Below, one piece after another: positions 1 to 9,526 of a stretch of DNA of 25,939 nt. The position numbers and the translations under genes are program-made. The stretch's first letter is position 1, and each line of letters opens with the position of its first letter. This DNA comes from a virus (lineage: Duplodnaviria; Caudoviricetes), in the IMG/VR virus record IMGVR_UViG_3300044475_000311, positions 1 through 25,939 of that record. One strand, given 5' to 3'. A model generated the notes under the pieces. The model made no database searches, was not told the DNA's origin, and saw only the letters and a program-made list of their open reading frames with translations.

Positions 1-120
1 AAGTACACCAACAAACAAGAGATTACTGGTGCGGGCGGTACTCCACTACAAACTACGACTGTTCAAGCAACCCAAGAGCAAGTAAATGAAGCTGTGAGGA
101 AAGCCCAAGAGGAATACTAA
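1..120 (+). CDS. terS: Terminase small subunit, C-terminal fragment (5' truncated by window)
   Basis: Frame 1 reads KYTNKQEITGAGGTPLQTTTVQATQEQVNEAVRKAQEEY*. The E[IL]TGxxGxP[LI] motif is typical of TerS C-termini, and TAA (118-120) abuts the terL ATG. Confidence 0.75.
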   Translation, partial: KYTNKQEITGAGGTPLQTTTVQATQEQVNEAVRKAQEEY

Positions 121-1659
121 ATGGATCTACAAACACAGGTAGAGAAAAAGCTGTGTGAGGATGAGCATTTATATTTCACACGAAGATTCTTTAAGCCTCG
201 AATGGGCTTTAAGTTCATGGTGAATTGGCACCACCAGTATATCGCTTGGCTGATTGATGAAGTAATTAAGGGCAATATTGCCAATTTGGTGATTAACGTT
301 CCTCCTGGTGCGGGTAAAACTGAGTTAACGACAAATCTGATACCCCGTGGACTTGCACTGAATGCTCGCTCCCGTTTTCTGTATTTATCTTTCTCACAGT
401 CTTTGGTCGAAGGGGTATCTGATACAGCACGTGACATAGTGAAGTCTAAGGACTTCCAAGCGATGTGGAACCTGCAGGTATCAAATAGCACTGACTCGAA
501 GAAAGAATGGAAAATTACTGTAGATGATTATGATGTCGGGCATATCTACGTTGCTTCAATGGGCGGTCAGGTTACTGGTCGCCGTGCAGGAACCTTAGCT
601 GAGCAGGGCTTCACGGGTTGTATCATTATCGACGATCCACTTAAGCCCGAGGATGCCTTTAGTAAGATCAAGCGCGATTCAGCAAACCGTAAAATTCTAA
701 ATACGGTGAACTCACGTAAAGCCAAGTCTGATACGCCAATCATCATGATTATGCAAAGACTACATGTTGAAGATCCAACGAACTTCGTCATGACAGGTAA
801 TTTACCAGGTGATTGGGAACAGGTCTCAATCCCAGCGCTGATTGATGATGCCTACATTGATATTTTACCTGATCATATTCAGCGATTGGTACCAAGGGAT
901 GTTGAACGTGATGAAAAGGGGCGTCAAAGTTACTGGCCGCAGAAAGAAACACTGAAATCTTTACTACAACTTGAAAAAGGCGGGCAAGACAAAGAGGGGG
1001 CAACGGTATCTCGTTATACCTTCAGCAGCCAGTACATGCAGAATCCGAAAAAACTGGGTGGCGATTTAATCAAGGCTGAATGGTTTGGATCTTATAAGGA
1101 CCTACCTCCGCTTCAATGGCGTGCAATTTATGTCGATACAGCCCAGAAGATCAAAGAACATAACGACTTTACCGTGTTTCTTTTGGTTGGATTGGGCATC
1201 GATGGAAAGCTCTACCTGATTGATCTGCTTCGAGGTAAATGGGAAGCACCTGAGATGAATAGGCAAGCCAAGGCATTTATCGATAAGCATAAGGACTATA
1301 CCTACGAGACTAGACCTATACGCTGGATGAAGGTCGAGGATAAAGCGCATGGCACCCAATTGATTCAAAACCTCGGCACCTATGCTGGTGTGCCAGTTAT
1401 TCCAGTGCAGCGAAGCACAGACAAGTTGACACGTTTTATGGACATTCAAGTACCACTCGAAAACGACTTTGAAAATAAACCAGATGATCGTTTTGTATTA
1501 CTGCCAATCAATGCGCCGTGGGTTGCAGCATTTATTGAAGAGTGTGAGTCCTTCAATGCTGCTATGACACAAGATCATGATGACCAAGTAGATACCTTGA
1601 TCGATGCAGTAGAAGAAGCAACGGTAATGCAGAACTATCATGAACCAATGACGGGTTAA
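121..1659 (+). CDS. terL: Terminase large subunit
   Basis: Walker A PPGAGKTE, Walker B IIIDDP, motif IMQRLH, RNase H-like nuclease motifs YVDTA and HDDQVD; 512 aa. Confidence 0.96.
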   Translation: MDLQTQVEKKLCEDEHLYFTRRFFKPRMGFKFMVNWHHQYIAWLIDEVIKGNIANLVINVPPGAGKTELTTNLIPRGLALNARSRFLYLSFSQSLVEGVSDTARDIVKSKDFQAMWNLQVSNSTDSKKEWKITVDDYDVGHIYVASMGGQVTGRRAGTLAEQGFTGCIIIDDPLKPEDAFSKIKRDSANRKILNTVNSRKAKSDTPIIMIMQRLHVEDPTNFVMTGNLPGDWEQVSIPALIDDAYIDILPDHIQRLVPRDVERDEKGRQSYWPQKETLKSLLQLEKGGQDKEGATVSRYTFSSQYMQNPKKLGGDLIKAEWFGSYKDLPPLQWRAIYVDTAQKIKEHNDFTVFLLVGLGIDGKLYLIDLLRGKWEAPEMNRQAKAFIDKHKDYTYETRPIRWMKVEDKAHGTQLIQNLGTYAGVPVIPVQRSTDKLTRFMDIQVPLENDFENKPDDRFVLLPINAPWVAAFIEECESFNAAMTQDHDDQVDTLIDAVEEATVMQNYHEPMTG

Positions 1660-1662
1660 GTT

Positions 1663-3147
1663 ATGGCTAAGAAAGACAAAAAGAAAGAATCGAATAGCCC
1701 CCAATCAGTTGGGGGCTATTTGTATTCGCAGCAAGCTGAAATGGCATTTCTGAACTTTCTGACACGCATGCCTGATTTGGATGAGGTGTTAAGAAAAGCA
1801 GGTGTACCACGTCATCGATTATCAGTATTGATGTATGACGATGAGATCTATCAGTGTGTTGAGAAGCGTCAGGATAAACTTGAAGCCGCTCCATTTCGAT
1901 TGGAGCCAGCGGAAGGATTACCTGCTCAAATTCTACAGAGTGAACTTAAGAAATGGTGGTCTGAACTGGTATTGGGTACTCAAGATGCGCGCTGGTATGG
2001 ATATTCAGTTCTTGAGGCTGTTTATACAAAACCAGAAAATCCATCTTTATTTATTGAGGGTCCCAATATCACCACATTCATTGGCTGGCAATGGGTTGGC
2101 AAAAAGCCCATGCAGTGGTTTGAGCCTAAGAATGATGGTCGATTGATGTTATTGCAAAACTATAATGATCAGCACCGTGATATTGAGTGTAATCAACAGT
2201 TCAAGCATTTCTTAACGCAGTGTAAGCCTAGTTTTGAAAATCCTTATGGTGAAGCTTTATTCAGCCGACTCTACTGGTTGTGGTTCTTTAAGAATGGAAC
2301 TGTGAAATACTGGGCGAAGTTCGTAGAGCGCTATGGTAATCCAATATTAAAAGGCAAGTCTAAGAATGTGCCAGCTATGCTTAAAGCGCTACTAAATGCA
2401 CATGCAAGTTCAGTACTCTCACTTAATCCAGATGAAGATGCTGATATTATTTCGGCATCATCAAATGGTACTGGTGGATCAGCAGCATTTGAGAGTTTTG
2501 ACAAGAAGATTGAGCGAAGCATTCAAAAGCTCGTGCTTGGCCAGACCTTAACCAGTGGTACCGATGGAGCAGGATCAAGAGCCTTGGGTGAGGTTCACCT
2601 AGAGGTTCAGAATAATAAAGTTGATGCTGATATTCGGATGATTACCTCGACTATTCAAGCCATGATCGATGCAATTTGTGCCTTGAACAACTGGGAACGT
2701 CACATCATCGTCATTGGGGATGAGAAATCCTTGAATGCTCCTAAGGCTGACCGTGACGTGAAGCTAAAGAACGCAGGTGCCAACCTGACGAATCAGTACT
2801 TCATGCGAGAGTATGGATTGCAGGAAGGTGATGTTGTGGATATTCAGCAATTGCCGGCCAACACTCAATTCTCAGCATTACCAAGACGTGCATTTAGTTT
2901 TAAAGCTGATGTTCAGGGTTTAGATGCAAATCAGCAAGAAGTTGATGAAAAGATTTCTGAGATTGATAAAACGCTATTTTCTGAATCAGAATTAATGGAA
3001 TTAGTTGAAGCATCAATTGATGTGAATGATTTGCAAACAAAGCTTTATGGCTTGATGTCTGGTGAGTCTGTTGAAAAATTCACTGAAACAATGGCTAGAG
3101 CTTTGTATTTATTTGATGTGATTGGATATGTGCAACGGAGTAAGTAA
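1663..3147 (+). CDS. Portal protein (DUF935 / Mu gp29-like)
   Basis: Follows terL; motifs NPYGEALF, WAKFVERYGNP, LVLGQTLTS and SRALGEVH are characteristic of DUF935 portals. Confidence 0.92.
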   Translation: MAKKDKKKESNSPQSVGGYLYSQQAEMAFLNFLTRMPDLDEVLRKAGVPRHRLSVLMYDDEIYQCVEKRQDKLEAAPFRLEPAEGLPAQILQSELKKWWSELVLGTQDARWYGYSVLEAVYTKPENPSLFIEGPNITTFIGWQWVGKKPMQWFEPKNDGRLMLLQNYNDQHRDIECNQQFKHFLTQCKPSFENPYGEALFSRLYWLWFFKNGTVKYWAKFVERYGNPILKGKSKNVPAMLKALLNAHASSVLSLNPDEDADIISASSNGTGGSAAFESFDKKIERSIQKLVLGQTLTSGTDGAGSRALGEVHLEVQNNKVDADIRMITSTIQAMIDAICALNNWERHIIVIGDEKSLNAPKADRDVKLKNAGANLTNQYFMREYGLQEGDVVDIQQLPANTQFSALPRRAFSFKADVQGLDANQQEVDEKISEIDKTLFSESELMELVEASIDVNDLQTKLYGLMSGESVEKFTETMARALYLFDVIGYVQRSK

Positions 3148-4412
3148 TGACGATCAGTTATACAGATGCTCTGCGTTATGCACGTAATAAGAAAGTTGTT
3201 TTACCTGAAGAGTTTTATTTGCTGGATTTGAATGCAAGGCAGTATGCAACCACAGTTAGTAAACTAGCTTCTCTTGATCAGATCCGAACCGTTATTAATC
3301 TATCCAATAAGGCGATTGAAAGCGGTTCAACATTTCAAGAGTTTAAAGAATCCATCAAAGCAGAAGGTATTGAGCTAAGTCCACACCATCTTGAGAATAT
3401 CTTTCGAACCAATATTCAGAGTGCTTATGCACATGGTATTTGGACGCAGCAGCAAGAGAATAAAGTCAATAGACCTTATTTGCGTTACTCATCTTTAACA
3501 GATAGTAGAGTTCGCCCAAGTCACTTAGCTTTAAACAATATTGTTCGGCACATTGATGATTCATTTTGGTACACATACTACCCGCCAAATGGCTATTTAT
3601 GCCGATGTGGTGTAGATGCATTAACTGAGGCGCAGGCGATAAAGTTAGGTATTACACCTGATGATAAGCTGCCTAGTGTTCAGCCTGATAAGGGCTGGGC
3701 TGTAAGTCCTGCGAGTTATGGAAAGCATTTAAATGTGGTGGTTCAGGAAAAGATTACTGATGCACTAGCTGTTGATGCACCTCTTGCATCTGAATTGATC
3801 AATGTGCGAGACGAGGCATTGCTTGCTCAACAAGCGAATGATGAAATCGTTAAAGTTTTTCAACCTATGTCTGACCAATCTCGAAAGAATCTTGAAGTGA
3901 TCGTAGATCGTGTGATTGATCAAAACAAGGATGTAGAGCCGAGTGCGATACGAATGTTGACTGAGTTGATTCGTGAAGATGAACAATCACTGACTGACCT
4001 ATTCAAAACTTCAATCATGAAAGACGATACACAATCGAATGTCATTGTGAATTGGATGAAGCGTTCTTTTGATTCCCTTATGAAAGTCGCCAAGAATCTT
4101 AAAACTAAGCTCACAGGTAATAACATCAAAGGTTTTGATTCGCTGAATTTGCAGAAAGGCAATGTTATCGGTATTCAAACGCCAACATTATTTAGAACTG
4201 CGGAACAAACAGGGAAGAATATTGTCATTACAGATGCAAATGGTGCTGCATTGGATTTGACTAAATTTAATGGTTTGAATGGTGCCTTACTTGCTCCTGA
4301 TTTGAATCTAGAGGTAATTAGCATATCTGATACAGAAATAGTGCTTAGAAAGACAAACGAGGTTGCTACGCGACTATTTGTTGCGAATAACACCGTATAT
4401 AGCTTGAGTTAG
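3147..4412 (+). CDS. Minor head protein, MuF (Mu gp30/SPP1 gp7) family, with C-terminal extension
   Basis: NIFRTNIQSAY, DSRVRPSH and FWxxxYPPNGYLCRC motifs in the first ~190 aa; about 230 extra aa follow. Confidence 0.9.
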   Translation: MTISYTDALRYARNKKVVLPEEFYLLDLNARQYATTVSKLASLDQIRTVINLSNKAIESGSTFQEFKESIKAEGIELSPHHLENIFRTNIQSAYAHGIWTQQQENKVNRPYLRYSSLTDSRVRPSHLALNNIVRHIDDSFWYTYYPPNGYLCRCGVDALTEAQAIKLGITPDDKLPSVQPDKGWAVSPASYGKHLNVVVQEKITDALAVDAPLASELINVRDEALLAQQANDEIVKVFQPMSDQSRKNLEVIVDRVIDQNKDVEPSAIRMLTELIREDEQSLTDLFKTSIMKDDTQSNVIVNWMKRSFDSLMKVAKNLKTKLTGNNIKGFDSLNLQKGNVIGIQTPTLFRTAEQTGKNIVITDANGAALDLTKFNGLNGALLAPDLNLEVISISDTEIVLRKTNEVATRLFVANNTVYSLS

Positions 4413-4429
4413 GTAAGAAATTAAACAGG

Positions 4430-4452
4430 ACCGCCGTAAAGGCGGTTTTTTT
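4430..4452 (+). terminator. Intrinsic terminator
   Basis: ACCGCC-gtaaa-GGCGGT followed by a T-run, directly before the next RBS (GGAG). Confidence 0.8.
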
Positions 4453-4459
4453 ATGGAGC

Positions 4460-5431
4460 ATGAAAATGCCAAAAGAACAACAGCAAGATCATTATTGCTT
4501 TCGGCTCGGAGATCTAAGTGTAGATCCTGTCGAGGAAGGTAAGAAGAAGCGAACCTTTTCAGGAGTTGCTTATAGTGGTGAAGTCATTACAGACCATTGG
4601 TATTGGAGCCGCGTGATTTTTGATTTGGATAGCATGCAGATCAAAGGTCGTATTCCTGCCTTACTAGAACACAGTTCTCGACAGCGTGCTGGAGCAATTA
4701 ACACTCATACGATTAGTCATCAAGAAGGTTTAGTTGTCCATGGCGACTTAATGAGTAATGAGTTTGGTACGCAGGTAGCTCGAGACTCTGATGACGGCTT
4801 TCCATGGCAAATGTCAGTACGTATTGAACCAGCTAAAACGGAAGAAGTAGCTGCTGATCAAACCGTCATTGTGAATGGAAAGACACTGCAAGGACCAATC
4901 ACGATCTTTCGTGGAGGTCGAATCCGAGAAGTTTCATTTTGTGCCTTAGGCGCAGATGAAAACACCATGGCGGTAGCTGCAAGCCATAACCCTACTAACC
5001 CAACCAAAGAGGAAACGGACGTGACCGAACTCGAAAAAGAAAAAGCTGCTCGTGAAGAAGCGGAGCAAGAACGTGATGCTGCGCAGAATGAGCTGAAAAA
5101 GTTCAAGGCGGATAAGCGTGAAGAAGACATTAAATTGCTTGAAACGTCTTTGAATAAGCAGTTCAGTGCTGAAGAAAAAACGTCATATACCAATATGGAT
5201 GACGCTTCATTTGCCTTCATGTCTCAGCAACTAAAACAGTTCTCAGGACAGCAACCAGCACCACCTGCAGGTCAACAACAGCAGACCAACATCGTTCCAC
5301 CTCACCTTCAGCACTTGTTTAGCCATCAAGCTACAGGTGGTCAGGGTGGACAACAGGGGCAAAGTGGTAACGATAAACATCAATTCACATCTGGTGCTGA
5401 GGCTTTTGCAGCACAGAAAAAAGGAGGCTAA
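4460..5431 (+). CDS. Capsid maturation protease/scaffold
   Basis: FSGVAYSG, IPALLEH, FPWQMSV, IREVSFCALGAD (HK97-fold protease His/Ser motifs); coiled-coil and Q/G-rich C-terminus. Confidence 0.88.
   Translation: MKMPKEQQQDHYCFRLGDLSVDPVEEGKKKRTFSGVAYSGEVITDHWYWSRVIFDLDSMQIKGRIPALLEHSSRQRAGAINTHTISHQEGLVVHGDLMSNEFGTQVARDSDDGFPWQMSVRIEPAKTEEVAADQTVIVNGKTLQGPITIFRGGRIREVSFCALGADENTMAVAASHNPTNPTKEETDVTELEKEKAAREEAEQERDAAQNELKKFKADKREEDIKLLETSLNKQFSAEEKTSYTNMDDASFAFMSQQLKQFSGQQPAPPAGQQQQTNIVPPHLQHLFSHQATGGQGGQQGQSGNDKHQFTSGAEAFAAQKKGG
5021..5431 (+). CDS. Putative nested scaffolding protein from an internal in-frame GTG
   Basis: AGAGGA (5008-5013) lies 7 nt before an in-frame GTG at 5021, exactly where the protease domain ends and the coiled coil starts; same layout as Mu gpI/gpZ and lambda C/Nu3. 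Confidence 0.6.
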   Translation: MTELEKEKAAREEAEQERDAAQNELKKFKADKREEDIKLLETSLNKQFSAEEKTSYTNMDDASFAFMSQQLKQFSGQQPAPPAGQQQQTNIVPPHLQHLFSHQATGGQGGQQGQSGNDKHQFTSGAEAFAAQKKGG

Positions 5432-5434
5432 GTC

Positions 5435-5809
5435 ATGGGTCAAACCATTATCCCGACAATTCAGCGCACTCACCGAGTATTCATTTTAGATAATGAAAAA
5501 CTACGCCGTGCGAACGCCAAAGTTACTACAGCAACTGCTTATCAGGAGGGGGATTTGTTGGTTCTTTCTGCTGGCAATGTACTCACTCATGCGGCTGATG
5601 CCTCTACATGGGATGTGATTTGCGGAGCTGATGTAACCTCTGCAGAGGCGACAATTAAGGCTGCCAGTGGCATTGAAATCCCTATTTTTTATGGTGGGGT
5701 TTTTAGTGTTGAGGCTGTAAAGCTAAATGGGGTGTTTTTAGTAACAGCTGCATATGACGCTGCTCGCGCAAAAGCAACCAAAAATAAAATCGAACTATCA
5801 AAGGTGTAA
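5435..5809 (+). CDS. Head decoration protein (lambda gpD-like)
   Basis: 124 aa, beta-rich, located between scaffold and major capsid genes. Confidence 0.7.
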   Translation: MGQTIIPTIQRTHRVFILDNEKLRRANAKVTTATAYQEGDLLVLSAGNVLTHAADASTWDVICGADVTSAEATIKAASGIEIPIFYGGVFSVEAVKLNGVFLVTAAYDAARAKATKNKIELSKV

Positions 5810-5815
5810 ATAAGC

Positions 5816-6895
5816 ATGCCACAGTCTTTTAGCATTGAAGGCGCTCCATTAGAGCTGCTTGATGTAGGTGAATTAACCTTAATTCACAACAATTACCGTC
5901 CGATGGATACTTGGTTATTAGATCAGTTTTTTCCAAACCGACTTTCATTTGATCGAGATGAAGTGCCTGTTGCAGAAGTTGCATCAGAACATGATCTAGC
6001 TCCACTAGTATCTCCACAAAAGCCAGGTAAACCTTTTGATACTACTCAGGCTGGCGAAGTACGCTTTGTTAAACCTGCTTACTATAAGCCAAAGAACCAA
6101 GTGACCCCTGCGGATACATTTGATATTGCGTTGTTGGAGCGTCTACGTAGTGCAGGGATTATTTCTACTGGCTCTCAAAAGCTATCCGACCAAGAGCGTA
6201 TGATCATTTCGCAAATTGCGGTGATGAAGCGCAACCACGATGCAATTGATAACTCTGTATTGTTGATGGCAATCCAGTTGATGATGACAGGGAAGTATGT
6301 ATTGCATTCGGATGATTATGAATACAACTTAGTTGATTATCGCCGTGATGCATCGCTGATCTACACTCCAACAACTGCATGGAACCAAGCAGGTGCGACA
6401 CCTGTTGATGATATGAAGCGAATGGCAGAGCGCCAATTAGAAGCTGATGGTGGTGAAGCGAAGAAGTACTTGATGTCAGGCTCTGTCTGGGCTGCTTTGT
6501 CTAAAAACACTGATTTTCAGGCGGAATTTGTAAAACCGTATTCTGGAATTTCTGTACCTTATGCCCCTAGTTTGAATGTGCATGAAAAGGCAACATTCAA
6601 AGGTCATATTGGTGATAAAGAAATTTGGGTATATGACGCGACATACCGTGCAAATGGACAAGTAAACCGATTCATTCCTAAAGATTACTTTGGCATGATT
6701 TCAGATACGAATGGCTCTGTCGCAAATTGTAAGATTAAAAACACACTGGCTAATGGGGCAACCATGCAGTACTTCGATCGCCAATGGTATAGCGAAGATC
6801 CAAGTGGAATCATGCTGATGACTGAATCAGCACCTCTAGCCCTACCATCAAACAAAAATGGTGTTTGTGGTGGTACAGGATTCATCACTCTATAA
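5816..6895 (+). CDS. Major capsid protein (lambda gpE-like)
   Basis: 359 aa; LLDQFFP, LAPLVSP, KPAYYKPK, EIWVYD and LMTESAPL motifs typical of the Phage_cap_E family. Confidence 0.92.
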   Translation: MPQSFSIEGAPLELLDVGELTLIHNNYRPMDTWLLDQFFPNRLSFDRDEVPVAEVASEHDLAPLVSPQKPGKPFDTTQAGEVRFVKPAYYKPKNQVTPADTFDIALLERLRSAGIISTGSQKLSDQERMIISQIAVMKRNHDAIDNSVLLMAIQLMMTGKYVLHSDDYEYNLVDYRRDASLIYTPTTAWNQAGATPVDDMKRMAERQLEADGGEAKKYLMSGSVWAALSKNTDFQAEFVKPYSGISVPYAPSLNVHEKATFKGHIGDKEIWVYDATYRANGQVNRFIPKDYFGMISDTNGSVANCKIKNTLANGATMQYFDRQWYSEDPSGIMLMTESAPLALPSNKNGVCGGTGFITL

Positions 6896-6905
6896 GGAGG
6901 CTTAA

Positions 6906-7202
6906 ATGCCAAAGTACATTGCAAAGCAATCCATCGGGCAGTTTATGCCAGGTGATGAAATCAAGGGCTTGAATGAAGAACGCATTCAGGCCCTTTTAGC
7001 ATCTGGGGCTATTGAAGAATATCAAGAGCCTGAGGAACCTAAGGCGGATGGTACCGCAGCACAGTTGGCAAATCTTGCCGCAGAAAACGCAGAGCTGAAA
7101 GCGAAGGTTGAAGGCTTGGAGAAATCACTAAATGCTTCAGAAGCTGCTTTGAAAAAGGCTACCGCCGAGGCTAAGAAGGCTGCCACGCCAACTGACAAGT
7201 AA
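6906..7202 (+). CDS. Small virion/head assembly protein with C-terminal coiled coil
   Basis: Strong RBS AAGGAGG; N-terminal PGD-x-LLASGAIEE domain; positioned after the capsid gene. Confidence 0.75.
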   Translation: MPKYIAKQSIGQFMPGDEIKGLNEERIQALLASGAIEEYQEPEEPKADGTAAQLANLAAENAELKAKVEGLEKSLNASEAALKKATAEAKKAATPTDK

Positions 7203-7213
7203 GTAGGTGATCT

Positions 7214-7660
7214 ATGTACGCAGAACGTAATGATATGGTTTTGCGTTTTGGTGAGCGCGAAATAAAGCAACTTGAAGCGAGTATACAGGCAGAAAACTCA
7301 ATGAGTGTGGATGCTACGCTTCAAGACGCAAGTGAAGAAGTTGACGGCTATATTGCTGTACGTTATTCACTCCCACTCACTGAAACACCGCAGAACCTCA
7401 AGCGCTTAGTATGTGACATTGCGCGATACAAACTTTGGAAGTCCAGAGCATCTGATGAGGTTCGACAGCGTTATGAGGATGCAATAGCGTTCTTAAAACT
7501 TATTGCGAACAATAAGGCATCTTTACTAATCAAGGATGCTGTAACAAACGAAACCCTGCCTGATCCGCCGAAACAACAACCTTCAACAGTGCCAATTGGC
7601 ACGACCTACACTGGTGGTGTATTTGGTGACTCGATTCTGAATAACATGCCGAGTATTTAG
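7214..7660 (+). CDS. Head-tail adaptor (gp436 / DUF1320, Mu gp36-like)
   Basis: MYA...DASEEVDGYIAVRYSLPL...CDIARYKL...RYEDAIAFL signature. Confidence 0.9.
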   Translation: MYAERNDMVLRFGEREIKQLEASIQAENSMSVDATLQDASEEVDGYIAVRYSLPLTETPQNLKRLVCDIARYKLWKSRASDEVRQRYEDAIAFLKLIANNKASLLIKDAVTNETLPDPPKQQPSTVPIGTTYTGGVFGDSILNNMPSI

Positions 7661-7662
7661 TT

Positions 7663-8166
7663 ATGACTGATTCTATTCAATTCCACGGTCAGGAAAAGAT
7701 CACAAAATGGTTGAATCGGGTTTTAAAGGAGGCGGGCGATCACTCCAAGTTAATGCATAACATCGGTTCAATACTTGAACATAATACAAAACAGCGTATT
7801 AACACAGGTATTGGCACCGATGATAAGCCTTGGCAGAAATCATGGCGTGCCAAAATGCAAGGTGGAACAACTTTGCGTGATACAAGTCGATTGTACAACT
7901 CAATTAAGTACACCGTTTTGGATGGTGGAAAGCGTGTAATTGTTGGAACCAATGTTTTTTATGCACCTGTTATGCATTTCGGTGCAACGATTAGAGCTAA
8001 ATCAGGCAAGTACTTAAAGTTTAAAACAACCATGGGTGGGTGGGCACAGGTTCAGAGCGTAATTATCCCTGCACGTCCATTTTTGGGTATGTCTGTTGAT
8101 GACTCTCAAGAGGTCTTGTTTGAAATTGAAGAGCATCTATTGGAGTTATTAATGAATGCAAAGTGA
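7663..8166 (+). CDS. Virion morphogenesis protein (Mu gpG / P2 gpS-like)
   Basis: LRDTSRLYNSI, VGTNVFYAPVMHFG and IPARPFLG motifs. Confidence 0.9.
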   Translation: MTDSIQFHGQEKITKWLNRVLKEAGDHSKLMHNIGSILEHNTKQRINTGIGTDDKPWQKSWRAKMQGGTTLRDTSRLYNSIKYTVLDGGKRVIVGTNVFYAPVMHFGATIRAKSGKYLKFKTTMGGWAQVQSVIIPARPFLGMSVDDSQEVLFEIEEHLLELLMNAK

Positions 8167-8596
8167 ATATTTTGCGCTTGAGCCTGCGATTGTTGAACGA
8201 TTAAAAGATATTGAAGGCATTTTGGCAATCAATACACCTTTTAGCGTCGATGACATGCTTCAAGTGGTTAATGTATCACCCTCACTGAACGTGATTTATG
8301 TCGGTGACCAAGTGGGTGAAAGTGCGGGTCGTGGTCGATCTGCACCAATTACACAACAATGGTTGGTTGTTTTAGCTGTCCAAGATGCATCTGCTCAGCT
8401 TGAAGAGACATCAAATATTAGAAAAATTGCCGATCCTTTCATACGTGAAATATTAGCAAAAATGCAAGGCTTTGATCCAAACATTGCAGGCTATCGGCCT
8501 TTTGATCGAGTAAATGCAGGCGTCCAAGTTGGATCAGCAGCAGGATTTGCGTACTTTCCATTTTTATTTGAATCCCAAATGATGAAATCGTGGTGA
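8156..8596 (+). CDS. Tail terminator/completion protein (Mu gp37-like)
   Basis: Position, size and QQWLVVLAV...GF.P motif pattern. Confidence 0.65.
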   Translation: MQSEYFALEPAIVERLKDIEGILAINTPFSVDDMLQVVNVSPSLNVIYVGDQVGESAGRGRSAPITQQWLVVLAVQDASAQLEETSNIRKIADPFIREILAKMQGFDPNIAGYRPFDRVNAGVQVGSAAGFAYFPFLFESQMMKSW

Positions 8597-8598
8597 TT

Positions 8599-8787
8599 AT
8601 GAAAACATATAAGGCACTAAAGCCCGTAGGGCGTTTTCGCTCTGGAGATATTGTTGGTGGATTGACCACTGCACAGATCCAAGACTTACTGCAGCGAGGT
8701 GTGATTGAAGAAGTGAAGGAAGCTTCTGAGACAAAGCCTGCGACAACAATCAAAGCAACAAAAGAGGTAAAAGCTGATGGCGAATAA
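8599..8787 (+). CDS. Small hypothetical virion protein, paralog of 6906..7202
   Basis: ATG at 8599 preferred over GTG 8590 because it aligns ungapped with the 6906 protein N-terminus (17/38 identical). Confidence 0.65.
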   Translation: MKTYKALKPVGRFRSGDIVGGLTTAQIQDLLQRGVIEEVKEASETKPATTIKATKEVKADGE

Positions 8788-9520
8788 ACCTGATTTAATT
8801 TCCTTACAAGGGGAAATGTTTTTAGCAAAGATGATTAATGGTCAGCCCGCGGCTTTGCTATCTGTTGGCAGTACACCAGAGCTTCAAATTCAAATTAGCT
8901 CTGAGTCAACCGACCATTACGAGTCTAAAACAGGTATGCGTGCTAAAGATGCCGTGCTGCGCAAACAAACGGGTGTTTCGATTAGTGGCACATTGGAAGA
9001 AGTGACCAAAGCAAACCTAGCAATGGTTTTGAGTGGTAAATCAATTGAGGTTGCTGCTTCAACTATTACGGATCAAGCTATTGGTGCGGTGAAAGTTGGG
9101 GAAATGGTTGATTTAGGGATTCGCAATCTAACAGGTGTTGCATTCAAAGGTCCAGCAGATGCCGCAATCACAGCCGATAAGTACACCTTGGATGAAGTTT
9201 TTGGGACTGTGATTTTCAACGAAGCAATCACTGATGTGAAGTGGTCTGGTAGTGCAGGAGCAATCACTCGAACAACCATCGCTGATAATGTTGGTGATGA
9301 ATACCGCTTCTTCTTTAAAGGGGTGGATACCTATCAGGGTGATAAAGTTGCAGTAACGTTATGGCGTCTTGAGCTTTCTCCAGACACCGAGTTTGACTTA
9401 ATCCATGAAGACTTTGCTAGTTATAGCATCGAAGGTGAGTGTCTGGCCGATATTACCAAGGCCAATGATGCAGAACTGAGTATCTTCGGTCACATCGATC
9501 GTTTCTCAGTTACCACTTAA
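8777..9520 (+). CDS. Major tail (tube) protein
   Basis: 247 aa; HYESKTG.R..D motif, central beta insertion, C-terminal LIHEDF..YSIEGECLAD; followed by a terminator and the chaperone gene. Confidence 0.82.
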   Translation: MANKPDLISLQGEMFLAKMINGQPAALLSVGSTPELQIQISSESTDHYESKTGMRAKDAVLRKQTGVSISGTLEEVTKANLAMVLSGKSIEVAASTITDQAIGAVKVGEMVDLGIRNLTGVAFKGPADAAITADKYTLDEVFGTVIFNEAITDVKWSGSAGAITRTTIADNVGDEYRFFFKGVDTYQGDKVAVTLWRLELSPDTEFDLIHEDFASYSIEGECLADITKANDAELSIFGHIDRFSVTT

Positions 9521-9526
9521 TGTTTT

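Noticed and set aside
5240-5400. Q/G-rich low-complexity stretch as a DNA repeat element
   Set aside because: Codon-level low complexity in the scaffold linker, not a tandem repeat.
117-9279. Numerous minus-strand and alternate-frame ORFs of 60-130 aa over the head and tail genes
   Set aside because: Fully overlap well-supported phage genes and show no recognisable motifs; shadow ORFs.
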